From: the human T2T-CHM13v2.0 reference genome, Homo sapiens
DNA length: 64,000 nucleotides
Assembly: GCF_009914755.1 (NCBI RefSeq)
Contig: NC_060934.1
Direction: 5' to 3' (one strand)
This document shows positions 17,561 to 29,593 of this stretch, piece by piece (position 1 is the stretch's first letter; the number at the start of each line of letters is the position of its first letter). Under the pieces are notes generated by a model. It was not told where the DNA came from and made no database searches. It saw nothing but the letters and a program-made list of their open reading frames with translations. The position numbers and the translations under genes are program-made.

Positions 17561-18984
17561 TCATAACAAGCCTCTATCTTGGATTGGTTTTTTTCTTAGA
17601 GTATAAAATCCTTGCTTAACAGAATATAGCAAATTTTATACACATACACACATATATTAAATTATTACAATATCATTCATTGTTTTCAAATGAAACAGCC
17701 AGCTACATTATTACCTCAAAGGTGAAAAAGTCTAGGGTTTGATTTTTTTGATCCAAACTAATATTTGTCATTTTCCACCCCTGTGCCCAGAGACGTAACT
17801 CATATTTTCCTGTTGAATTTGTTTCCCAAGTAGAAACAGAAGTCTTAAATATGATGAACTTTAGGTTTTTTCTTTTAGTTCTTATAAACACCCAGTATGG
17901 CAGTTATTATTGTCCATATTTTACAGCCAATAATATTTCAGAAAAACAAAAAATAAGTTCATTTTCCTTTAGCTAGCAAATAAGAGTATTTGGATTTGAA
18001 TTTAGAGTATGAATGTGCCATCTGTTTGTAATTTTTGTGCAGGTAGGGGATGCTGCTATAACTAGTGTAGCATTATTAATTATTCTAGCTGCATGATAGA
18101 TTGGAGTCCAGAGATAGAAAGATGAGCTGGACATAATTTAGAATTCACTCTGAATTATTTTCATGATGGGGATTAAGGGCCATATCACACAAATACACAC
18201 TTGAAGGTTATCATTACATAGCCCCTCAGACTTTACATATATTTCATTAGAAAAATAAAAATCTAAGTTACAGAGAATTGTCAGTGGGTTCCCTCAATGT
18301 CTCCCTTACTCTGTGGCAAGCTAGTCTGACATGATATCTAACAGAAGGAAAAACATACTTCAGATAAGTCATGGAAGTCATACCATGAAGTCATGAGAAT
18401 TACAGTATATAGCGTGCCCAGAGCTGTGAATTCCACTAATTATTTTGAAACATTCAAATATTCATTTCAAAATAAATCTATAAACCATCCAACATCTGTA
18501 CTTATCTTTATCATTCTCCTGCTGCTAAAATTGAGGAAAACTCCACTTCCTCCTAGGTTCTCAAGGGAACATATGACACTTGAGCTTTTGGGACTCTGTT
18601 GCCTCTCTTTCTGGCATTTCTACATCCCTCTTTACTCCATCTATTGCCATCAGTTTTCAAATCTGCTGAAGAATTTATCATTACAAAATAAAGAGAAATG
18701 AGAAAGAAAATATAATTGCTTCCTACTATGTCTGTTTTCCTACAATCTCTTCACATCCCAATATTCTATGTGAGGGCAGTGGGTGGGGGAAGAAAAGGAC
18801 AACATATATATCCATTGCACTCATTTATTAATGAGTTATTTTGTTATTTAGTCATGCAAATCATGCACTATACAAAACATACACTATGTTTCCTAATACT
18901 GTTTACTTAATTACTCTTAAAAAGTCATAATTAGTTCTTTAAAATGTAAAACTAAAATATGACAAATGATGCCATCTTTGCTAT

Positions 18985-19351
18985 TGAGATGTTTTGGCTG
19001 TGTTCTCACCCAAATCTCACCTTGAATTGTAGCTCCCCTAATTCCCATGTGTTGTGGGTGGGACCTGGTGGGAGATAACTGAATCATGGGGGCGGTTTCC
19101 TCCATACTGTTCTCTTGGTAGTGAATAAGTCTCATGAGGTCTGGTCTGATGGTTTTATAAGAGGTTTCCCCTTTGCTTGGCTCTCATTCTCTCTTGCCTG
19201 CTGCCATGTAAGACGTGCCTTTTACTTTCTGCCATGATTGTGAGGCCTCCCCAGCCATGTGGAACTGTGAGTTCAATAAACCTATTTTTTCTTTATAAAT
19301 TACCCTGTCTCAGGTATGTCTTTATCAGCAGCGTGAAAATGGGCTAATACA
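18985..19351 (+). mobile_element. THE1B-like solo LTR
   Basis: tgagatgttttggctgtg...ctaataca termini, TSD gctat/tctat. Confidence 0.9.
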
Positions 19352-19385
19352 TCTATATTCAGTTACTAAATGTGTTCTGTGAATG

Positions 19386-19952
19386 AAGTTGGATGTTGAA
19401 TGCAGATGCTAATGTACTGCCACATGCCAGTTAGACACAATTATGTATGTATGGAGATATATATAATAAAGGGTACTTGTTTAGGAATATTTTACAAAAG
19501 CATGGCCTGTCAGTGTGCACCATACATTTCAGAGACATGATGAAAAAACATTACCACTAGAGTGTCACACTACAAATGTGATTTTTTGAATTCTCTATAA
19601 AAATGTCAATTTCCCAAGCTTAGCATATATGTGTGTCTAAATGTAATGGCAAGCTTCATAAATGATGAGCATGCCAATATACGAAGATTTGGATGCAATT
19701 ATTTACTCTAAAACTTCATCAATATTATGTGGTTGCAGGTAACTTTTAAATAGGCCCTTTTGGATCTCACATGAATTGAAATAGGAAAAAAATCTATTTA
19801 AAGAAGTCCTGAAGTAGACGTATATGCTTAATATTAAACATTGTTTGAAATTGAAGAGTCTGGCTTAACACACTAAATTAAGAAAGAAGAAAGAAAGCAA
19901 GAAAGTTGGATGTTGAATGCAGATGCCAATGCAGTGCCACATACCAGTTAGA
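19386..19952 (+). repeat. Dispersed 50-bp direct repeat (19386-19435 and 19903-19952), 46/50 identical
   Basis: aagttggatgttgaatgcagatgc(t/c)aatg(t/c)a(c/g)tgccacat(g/a)ccagttaga occurs twice, 517 bp apart. Confidence 0.9.
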
Positions 19953-20742
19953 TAGCATGTGGCAAGTTCTAATGGGCACAAAATGTGCCTTGTTCACATT
20001 AATGCTTTAGTGTAGCACTGAATTTGCCTCTCAGTAAATGTTAACTAAATTTAAAAAATAGTATTATTTTCCCCAAATACATCAATTCATAACATTACAA
20101 AATAATTATGCTATAAGTTTGATTTGACTTAACCATACATGCTTTCATCCATCAATTCATTCATTTATTCACCCACATTTATTGTTGACTTTAAGCTGAA
20201 CAACATTTTCAGGGCTGGGGCTCTAACTAAGGACAAGAGTAATGTGTTCTTTGATCTTATGTCACTTGAACCAAGGTGAAAAAGTAGATATTAAAAAATA
20301 ATTGCCTTTTAAAAATTATTACAGTGATAAACCTAAGTAATAAAGTAAATATGCATTGCATAATAAGAGCATACAGCAGGACTTTTAACCCGGCCTCCTG
20401 AAAATTACATTCTAATGGGAAAGACAAATGTCAACCAAAATATTAAGTTATGAAAATAAACAACTTCATATTTTAATGGACATTATGAAAAAGTAAAGTG
20501 AACTATGAGAGCACATAAATATAGGTACTTAAATCCAATATTGTGGGTTCAAAAAGGAAATGACATTCAACAGCATCCAGAACTCTTAAACTTTAGCTTT
20601 CACACTGTCAGGAAGTTTGGAATCCCAACGGTGACTTTCACATTACTTGTATTAAATAAAAGTCATGACAAAATGATTACATTTTTCCCATTAGTTTACA
20701 ATATTTGTAAATACAGGAAATGACAATAGATACAGTACCTCT

Positions 20743-20798
20743 TGATGTTAGTAACATTCTTGAGATTATTTGATATTAGTAACATTCTTGAGATTATT
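20743..20798 (+). repeat. 28-bp tandem duplication
   Basis: tgat(g/a)ttagtaacattcttgagattatt x2. Confidence 0.92.
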
Positions 20799-20999
20799 TT
20801 TAGTAATTAAGATAGAAAAAAATGTTTTCTATATAATGGCATAATGACTTAGATTCAGGGATGACTGAAGAATCATTCTCAAGTTGAATGTCAAACTGGG
20901 GAGGCTCTGATGGCACGAAGCAGCTTTCTATAACAATTTCCCATGGATGAAATATTGCCAGACATTTTTGTAACGTCTTGGGTGATGGTAAATTCTCTC

Positions 21000-21750
21000 T
21001 TTTAAGTTTTAGGGAATCCTATTAATTAGGACTACTCTCTCCATTTCATAGCTAAGGAAACTGAGTTTCATATGGATTAGATCATTTGCCCAAGTCAATA
21101 GTTACTAAGTGATGCAGCTAGAATTTGAATGCAGACAACCTAAATAGGAATATGCTATATTTGCAGGCAGTCAAAAATGCTGTAAAGAAAATTTAATGTT
21201 GGTAAAGGGAAAGGGGGTATACTTGTTTCTGGAGGACAGGGAGAGTGCTATTGAAATGGGGTACTCAGTGAAGTCATCCTTGCAAAAGATGTCTTTTTGA
21301 ATGAAAGAGTGAATCACACAGAGAGTTAGAGAAAGAGTGCTCCAGGCAGAGGTAACAACAAGTACAAAATCCATTTGAAGGTTTGGTAAGCGTAGCTGTG
21401 TTCAAGAACAGCAAGAAGCCCAGTGTGGCTGGAGTGGAGTGATGCAAATGATGTTGGAGAGAGCAGGAGGAGCCAAGTCATGTGGAGATATGAAGGCTAT
21501 GAAAAAGGAGTTTGGATTCTGTTCTAACACAATGAGCATCCACTGAAATGTCTGAGTGGCAAAATGGTGTCATCTAATTTGCATTTTTAAAATATCACTC
21601 TTGCTGTAGTGCAGAAATTGACTGTAAGAGGGGTAGCACAGGTCAAAAAGTAAGATACTATTTACATAATCTAGGGGAAAAATGATTGTGGTTTAGAATA
21701 GGTGAGGAGTACTTGCCTTTGGAATATGTTTCAGACAGATTTACTGATAA
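21000..21750. mobile_element. MIR fragment (~21010-21140) followed by L2 fragment (~21230-21750)
   Basis: MIR core 'ccatttcatagctaaggaaactgag...tttgcccaagtca'. L2 motifs 'ccaggcagagg...aagaacagcaagaagcccagtgtggctggagtggag...atcactcttgctg'. Confidence 0.6.
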
Positions 21751-21756
21751 TGCAAG

Positions 21757-24230
21757 AATCAGAAGTGGTCCTAGGAAGCAGATACTTAAGATGAGATTTT
21801 GGAATTTGCTAATTTGCTAGCCAAATGGCATGCTTACTGTACAGGAGTTCAGAGTAAGTCATGATTCATTTGAAGCCTTCACCTGAGATGAACTGATATG
21901 GTATATGGGGGAATGGGGAGCCTGGTTTAATGCCATATCTGTATAATTTCAGATTTATCGGTGAACATTAATTCATAAAACTTACAGAGTTGATTGGTTG
22001 CTAAATATAACAAAGGTGTTGAAAAAGAATAAATGAAGCTCAGAACCAGCAATATCAATTCAGAGGTAAAGAGTAAAAACCAATGACCTCCATTAGCACG
22101 TTTAAAGAAGCTCCATATCCACAGACAATGACAGACTTTACTCAAAATCATGCTCAAGATGTAATTACAACCTGCTCTCTCTCTCTCTCTTTCTCTTTCT
22201 TTCTTTTTTTTCGAGACAGGGTCTCACTCCCATTTCCCAGGCTGGAGTGCAGTGGCACAACCACAGCTCACTGCAGCTTTGACTTTCCTAGCTCAGGTGA
22301 TCCTCTCACCTCCTGAATAGCTGGGACTACAGGTATGCACCAACATGCCTGGCTAATTTTTGTGTTTTTTTGTACAGACAGAGATTTGCCATGTTGCTCA
22401 GGCTGGTCTCAAACTCTTAGGCTCAAGCAATCCACCTGCCTCAGCCTCCCAAAGTGGTGGGATTACAGGTGAGCCACTACCCCTGGTCTCAAGACATAAT
22501 TACAAGGAAAGATGCAATCAACTCCCTGACAAGTCTTCCACACCAGTATTGGTAGGGAAGGAGAGCTGGTCTGGGCACATGTGGCTACAAACACTTCAAA
22601 AAAACATACTGATTCTCTGGAACTTCTAGACTGAAAACTTCACTTTCTTTTCATTTTTAGATGAGAACAGTATCCCTCGCCTGGAGATCAGGTAATGACT
22701 TCATCTGAATTAGATACCTTACCATCTTGTAAGCAAGATGATAGATGTCCTCTGTACCTACGTCCCTGCATTGCTTTTGCACCAATAACTAAAGTCAAGT
22801 TGCAGCATGTTCTAACTGTCCCTGCTATGAGTAGAAAAGGATTATTCCCAAAAAGAACAGCAGGATATGCCTTACAGTATTGGCAGCACCAGGAGGACAT
22901 GACTGAGGATAGATCTTGATTATGTTGGAAGGGGTTGAAGGGAGAAAAGTACATCTTACCAAGAGTTTAGTGGTATGGAGATACTTTGTCATAATTGTGG
23001 CCAGGACACCTGGAGTTGATTCTAAGGTACTGCTGGATTATTCCCCAAAGGTTGTGAAAAACAGTGGCCTATAATAAACAAGGTGTAGGTAGTGAAAGTG
23101 CCTGGACAGGGATTTGAAGTTAAAGGTATATAGAAGTGGGCATTTTAGCATGGATTTCTTATGTATGACCAGAGAAACCATCTATTAGTTTTGTTCCTCA
23201 GGAGAGCCTAGGTAGCACTCCCAATTCTGAAGCAATATAGAAAGGTGCAACAAGAGGTGCTCTGGTATCATTGAAAAGTTCAGTGATGGCTCTCCTCACC
23301 AGGCCAGAGTAGAGGGTAGTGAATGTTGCTATGAAACTTGTGTTCCTTAGTGTCAATGTGAGTGGAAGAATTCTGGATTCAGAATCCAGGTGGAAATACT
23401 CCAATATCAGAGGCAGATGGATGAAATGTATCATAGCAATCAGCAAAAAACAACGTCAAATAAGCTGCTACGAAGTGCAAAGATCTATGAGGATGGCTAT
23501 CCAACCACGGTGTTCCCAAAGCAAATACAGAAAGGCAGCCAAGAAGGCTATTGCTGGATTTATATAATCTAAAAACATCAAAATCAGGTAAACTAAAGCC
23601 GCATCATTGTGTTCTTTCCTGTGATTAATACACATTTGAAGTATGAGTTGCTTTTTTATTGCTGCAGTGATTTGGCCAATATTAATAGCTGAGGACACTG
23701 ACTATTCTGACTTTGTCCAGAAAATTGCACATAACATCAATTCCAACCAAGAAGTTCATCTCATGGCAAAGTTAGGTGCAATCATATGCATAGGACCACT
23801 GGATCTGTTGGCACTAATATACAGTACCACCCAGCATTGCTGACCTAGTAGAATACTGGAAAAGCCTCTTAAAGATAGAGCTAAGGATGAATTTGGGAAT
23901 GAAATTTTTCAGGGCCACAGAAGGAATGACCATTGTATGGTACATTTTTCTTGATAAGAAGACTAGATGGAAATGACAAATCAAGGGTTCAGGGTGGGAA
24001 TGGCCTCTCATCATCATCTTGACTAACCCATTTGGGAAAGGCATACTTTCGTCCTTGCAAAGCTAGGCTCTGCTGCACTAGAGATCCTGGTTTTCTGAAG
24101 ACCGGGGTGATGTTTTCACTGAGATGACATAGTAAGGGTCCCATTAAACCAATATTTATGGTTAATCAGTAGAAATTATTGGCTCTTTATGCCAACAAAT
24201 CACAAAGTACAGAAAGAAATCACTACACCT
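21757..24230 (+). mobile_element. Degraded ERVL-class internal sequence (HERV16/ERV3-16A3-like) with gag and integrase relics
   Basis: ORF 23643-23843 contains EDTDYS and IAHNINSNQEVHLMAK (compare ERVL integrase IDTYSG and IPHSIASDQGTHFTAK), followed by LVEYWKSLLK (compare LIERWNGLLK). Its start resembles 44272-44335. Confidence 0.6.
22171..22488 (-). mobile_element. AluJ with (CT)n-converted tail, inside the ERVL relic
   Basis: Alu body with a 17-bp TSD tcaaga(tg/ca)taattacaa at 22154-22170 and 22489-22505. Confidence 0.9.
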
Positions 24231-24239
24231 ATGAAAATA

Positions 24240-25600
24240 GCTAAAATTTGATGAAAAAGATGAGAGAGCTTGCTCTGCTAGGTATCAAGACTGTATGTAA
24301 AATCACTATAATTGAGACAGTGTGCTATTGCTGCAAGACTAGACTAATAAACCAACACAATAGAATAGAGAGCCCAGAAACAAACCCTCATACACATGTA
24401 TATGGGATTTATGATAATATGTATTGCGAGTCAGTGGGAAATATATATATTTATATAGAAGAAAACAAATTATACTCCCACCTCACTCCACACACAAAAA
24501 TCATTTCAGATGATAAACCTATTACAAATAACAAGACAATAAATCTTTAAAAAGCAGGTCCTTCATGACCTGAGGAAGTAGGCTATTTTTTAAGCAAGGT
24601 CAAAAGAATAGTAACACTTACAAAATGATGGATAAATTTGATAATCTTAAAATTTAAATCTGTGTGTCAAAAGATATCTTGCAGGAAGTGAAATGGAAGC
24701 TCGAGAATGGGAGAAATGTTTGAAACATATATAACAAAGGAGGGGCTCATTTCTATAATAATCAAAGAACTCCCACAGATAAAAAAGAACATTCAAGAAG
24801 AAAACACATGTACTCCAATAGATAAATAAGAAACTCAAATAGGCATTTTGGAAAAGACGAAATTCAAAATAGTAAGTAAATATATGAAAAGATTCTCAAT
24901 GCCATTAGCAAAATGCTAATCACGATCATAATGCGATATCACTGAAACCGTAACAAGGTGGCTCAAATTAGAAAGACTGACATACCAAGCACACAGACAG
25001 GAACCATGACCAACTCTCATATACAACTCTTGGCATAGTTACTATGGAAAACAATTTCGCATTTCCAACAAAATTGAATAGACACATGTTCATAACATAG
25101 AGAAACTCAGGCACATGAGCGCCAGGAGAAATGATATAAACATATTCACAGCAGCACTGAAGATAACATCCTCAAACTGGAGAGCTCTCAAACACTCATC
25201 AACATGAGAATGTGAAAATAAATTGTGGCATAGCCACAAACAGCAAATAAATGAATGAACAGGTAGAAATGTGGCTGAATAGTAAAAAGTTAAATATGAA
25301 TGAAAGAAGACAGATACTAATGCACACACACTCTAAAATTCTGTTTACAGGCTTCAAAAAAAGACAAAACTAAACTATAATGTTTATAAATGCTTACTTA
25401 GATGGTAAATGTGCAACAAAAAAAAACCCAGGAAATTAACATAGTGGTTAACTCTAGGTGGAGGAAAGCAATTGCGCCTGAGAAGGAGCATGAAGAAAGA
25501 TTTTCTGGTGATGCATTCTATACCTGATTTGGACTTACATTTATGTTTACTGTATAATAATATACTAAACTGTACATTTATCTTTAAATCACTTTTGTGT
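24240..25600 (+). mobile_element. Ancient L1M (L1ME/MC-like) 3' portion
   Basis: ORF 24248-24550 resembles the L1 ORF2 segment 'K.T.I.TV.Y...R.I.Q.NRIESPE', followed by decayed ORF2 end and 3' UTR. Confidence 0.7.
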
Positions 25601-26192
25601 ATTACATTTTTTTTCTTAAAGTTTAAAGGACAAGAGTTGGTCTTAATAAAAATCTCCGGATATAGCTGGAATTCTTTCTGTAAAACCAAGTTGGTTGCCA
25701 AGCTTATTCCTCAGGTAGGCAATAAAGTCCACGTAAGTAATTGTAGTGAGTTATAATATTTGTAGAGAAGGAAAACTGAACTGAACTAAAGTGAATAGGT
25801 CATGAATTTTCATCAGTCTATAAAACAGAAGTGCAATTTGTATAAAGTAGGATCTCATAAATAAGTAATGTAGCATTAAAATATATAGCTAGATAGATGT
25901 AGCAGGGGTTTGTGAGGCAAAATTACTTGGTATTGCTTCTTGGATATACATTAAATAATTTAAATGGGGAAATGGAAAACACAATTTCAAATACATGACC
26001 AAATAGGCTGATAGCATGTCTGTTATACTTTTCTTCCATGTAGTTTTTACGCCTGGGAAATGCCTTCATTATCTTTGCCTGTCCCATGAGTGGGTAAAGA
26101 GATGTGCTATTTTTTCCAGTACCAACTATAAATTTCAATTGTTCTTTGCATTCACACTGCTGTGTGTGGTGGGGGGTGGGGGTGATAATCAC

Positions 26193-29100
26193 TTTTTTTT
26201 TTTTATTTCAACTTTTATTTAGATTCATGCATGGATGGTACATGTGTAGGTTTCATAGAAGGGCATATCATGTAATGCTGATATCTGGGGTACTAATAAT
26301 TCTATTGCCCATGTAGTGAGCATAGTACCCAATGGTTGTTTTTTTCAGTTTTCAACCCTTGTGCCCCTCCCCCAGTCCCTTCTCTAGTAGTCCCTAGTGT
26401 TTATTGTTCCCAACTTTATGTCCATGTGTACCCAGTGTTTCAGTCCCACTTACATCTGAGAATAGGTGGTATTCGGTTTTCTGTCCCTGCATTAATGTAC
26501 TTAAAATAATGGTCTCCAGCTGTATTCATGTTGCTGCAAATGACATGATTTCATTTTTTATGACTGTTTAGTACTCCATGCTATATATGTACCATATTTT
26601 CTTTATCAAATCCACCATTGTTGGGCATCTAGGTTAATTCCATAAGTTTGCTATTGTAGGTAGTGCTGTCATGAAAATACAAGTGCATGTGTCTTTTTGG
26701 TAGAATGATGTATTATCCTTTGGGTATATACCCAGCTATAAGAATGTTGGTTCAAGTGGTAGTTCTGTTTTTAGTTCAGCCACTGCAGAAAGCAGTTTGG
26801 AGATATCCACATTTACATTTCCACCAACAGTGTATATGCATTCCCTTTTTTCCACACCTTTGCAAACATCTGTTATCTTTTGACTTTTTAATAATAGTCA
26901 TTTTGACTGGTGTGAGATGGTATCTCATTCTGGTTTTGATATGCATTTCTTGATGATTTATGATGTGGATCATTTTTTCATTTGTTTGTTGGCTGCTTGT
27001 ATGTCTTGAGAAGTGTCTGTTCATATCTTTTGCCAAATTTTTAATGGCCTTATTTCTTTTTTGTTTGTTGAATTATTTTAAGTTCTTTATAGAATCAGGA
27101 TATTAGACATCTAAAAGCTGCATAGTTAGCAAATATTTTCTCCCATTCTGTAGGTTGTTTACTCTGTTGATATTTTATTTTGCTTTGCAGAAGCTCCTTA
27201 GTTTAATTACGTCCCACTTATCAATTTTTGTTTTTGTGGCAATTGTTTCCAAGACTTAGTCATAACTTCTTCGCCAAGGCTGATGTCCAGAATGATATTT
27301 CCTAGGTTTTCTTCCAGGATTTTTATAGTTTTGCATCTTACATAAGTGATTAGTGCATCTTGACATACTTTTTATACATACTGAAAGGGAGGAGTGCAGT
27401 TTTATTCTTTTGCATATGGATAGCCAGTTATCCCAACATTTATTGAATAGGAAGTCCTTTTCTGATTGCTTATTTTTGTTGACTTTATAATCAAATGGTT
27501 TAATTCTGGGGTCTCCATTCTGTTCCGTTAACCTATGTGTCTGTCTATGTGTAGCCTATACTACTGTAGGCTTGTAGTATAGTTTGAAGTAGGATAATGT
27601 GATGCCTTTGGTTTTGTTCTTTCTGCTTAAGATCGCTTTGGCTATTCAGGTTCTTTTTTGTTTCCATGTAAGTTTCAGAATAGTTTTTTTTTTTTCTAAT
27701 TCAGTTAAATGGTACTGGTAGTTTGATAGGAGTAGCATTGCATCTACAGATTGCTGTGGGCAGTATGGTCATTTTAATGATATTAACTCTTCCAATCCAT
27801 GAGCATAGAATGCTTTTCCATTTGTTTGTGCCATCTATGATTTCTTTCAGCAGTGTTTTGTAGGTCTCCTTGTAGCAATCTTCCACTTCCAAATTTAGAT
27901 GCATTCCTAGGTATTTTATTTTCACTTGTGACTATTGTAAATGTAATTGCACACTTGATTTGGCTCTCAGCTTGACTGTTATTTGTGCATAAAAATGCCA
28001 CTGATTTTTTTTACCTTGATTTTTGTATCCTAAAACTTTACTGAAGTTACCAGTTTCAGTAGCCTTTTAATGGAGTCTTTAGGGTTTTCTAGGTATAGAA
28101 TAATAATTTCAGTGAGGAGAGATATTTTGACTTCTTCTGTTCCTACTTGGATGTCTTTTATTTCTTTCTTTGCCTGATTTCTCTAACTAAGATTTCTGGT
28201 AATATGTTAAATAGGAGGGGTTAGAGTAGGCATCCTTCTCTTGTTCCAGTTCTCAAGGTGAATGCTTTCAGCATTTTCATGTTCAGTATGATGTTGGCTG
28301 TGGATCTGCCATAGATGGATCTGATTATTTTGAAGTATTTTCTTTCAATGCCTAGTTTCTTGTGGGTTTTTATCATGAGGAAATATTGGATTTTATCAAA
28401 AGCTTTTTCTGCATCTATTGTGATGATTTTTTTTTTTTTGAGACGGAGTCTCGCTCTGTCACCCAGGCTGGCATGCAATGGCGCAACCTTGGCTCACTGC
28501 AGTCTCTGCCTCCTGGGTTCAAACAATTCTCCTGCCTCAGCCTCCCAAGTAGCTTGCACTACAAGCACCCGCCACCAAGCCTGGCTAATTTTTGTCTTTT
28601 TAGTAGAGATAGGGTTTCACCATATTTACCAGGCTGGTCTCAAACTCCTGACCTTGTGATCCACCCTCCTCGGCCTCCCAAAGTGCTGGGATTATAGGTG
28701 TGAGCCATGGTGCCCAGCTTTGTCATTTTGAGATACTTTTTAGTATGCTGTGAAATTCAGTTAGGTAGTATTTTGTTGAAGATTTTTATGTCTCTGTTCC
28801 TCAGTGGTATGGGCCTGTAGTTTTCCATTTTAACTGTGCATTTACCAGATTTTAGTATCAGAATGCTGGCCTCACAGAGTGCGTTAGGGTGGAGTCCCTC
28901 CTACTCGAAGTTTTGGAATAGTTTCAGTAGGACTGGTGCCAGCTCTTCTCTGTATGTCTGGTAGAATTTGGCTGTGAATCCATCCTTTCAAGGGCATTTT
29001 TTGATCGGTAGATTTTTCATTACTAATTTAATTTCAAAACTCATTATTTTTCTGTTCAAGCTTTCGATTTCTTCTTGATTCAATCATGGGAGCTTGTGTG

Positions 29101-29565
29101 TTTCCAGGAATTTATCCATTTCATCTACATTTTCTAGTTTGTGTGCATAGATGTGTTCATAATAGCATCTGAGGATCTTTTGTATTTCTGTGAGGTTAAT
29201 TGTAATGTCATCTTTTGTCATTTCTGCTTGTTCTTAATTGGATTTCCTCTCTTTTTATTTGTTAATCTAGCTATAGGTCTATAAATCTTGTTCATCTTTT
29301 CGAAGAACCAACTTTTGGTTTCATTGATCCTTTATATAGATTTTGGGGCCTCAATTTAATTCAGTTCTTTCTGATTCTAGTTATTTGTTCTCTTTTGCTA
29401 GACATAAGGGGTTTTTTTTGTTTGTTTGTTTGTTTTTCCCTAGATCTTCCAGGCATGATGATAGAGTATTAATGTGAGTTATTTCTATATTTTTGATGTA
29501 TGTATTTAGCACTATAGACTTTCCTCTTAATGCTACTTTTGCTGCATCGCTGAGATTCTGGTGTT
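26193..29565 (-). mobile_element. Older primate L1 (L1PA15/16- or L1PB-like), 5'-truncated, sense to PCDH15
   Basis: Poly(T) at 26193. ORF2 fragments on the minus strand: [40 protein letters not shown]. Confidence 0.88.
28427..28718 (-). mobile_element. AluS inserted in L1
   Basis: Poly(T) and a full Alu body. No TSD evident. Confidence 0.92.
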
Positions 29566-29593
29566 GTAACACTGTTTTTTAAATCAACTGTAT

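Noticed and set aside
19386-20798. Short direct repeats as a CRISPR-like array
   Set aside because: There are only two copies of each, no regular spacers and no cas genes, and the context is a eukaryotic intron.
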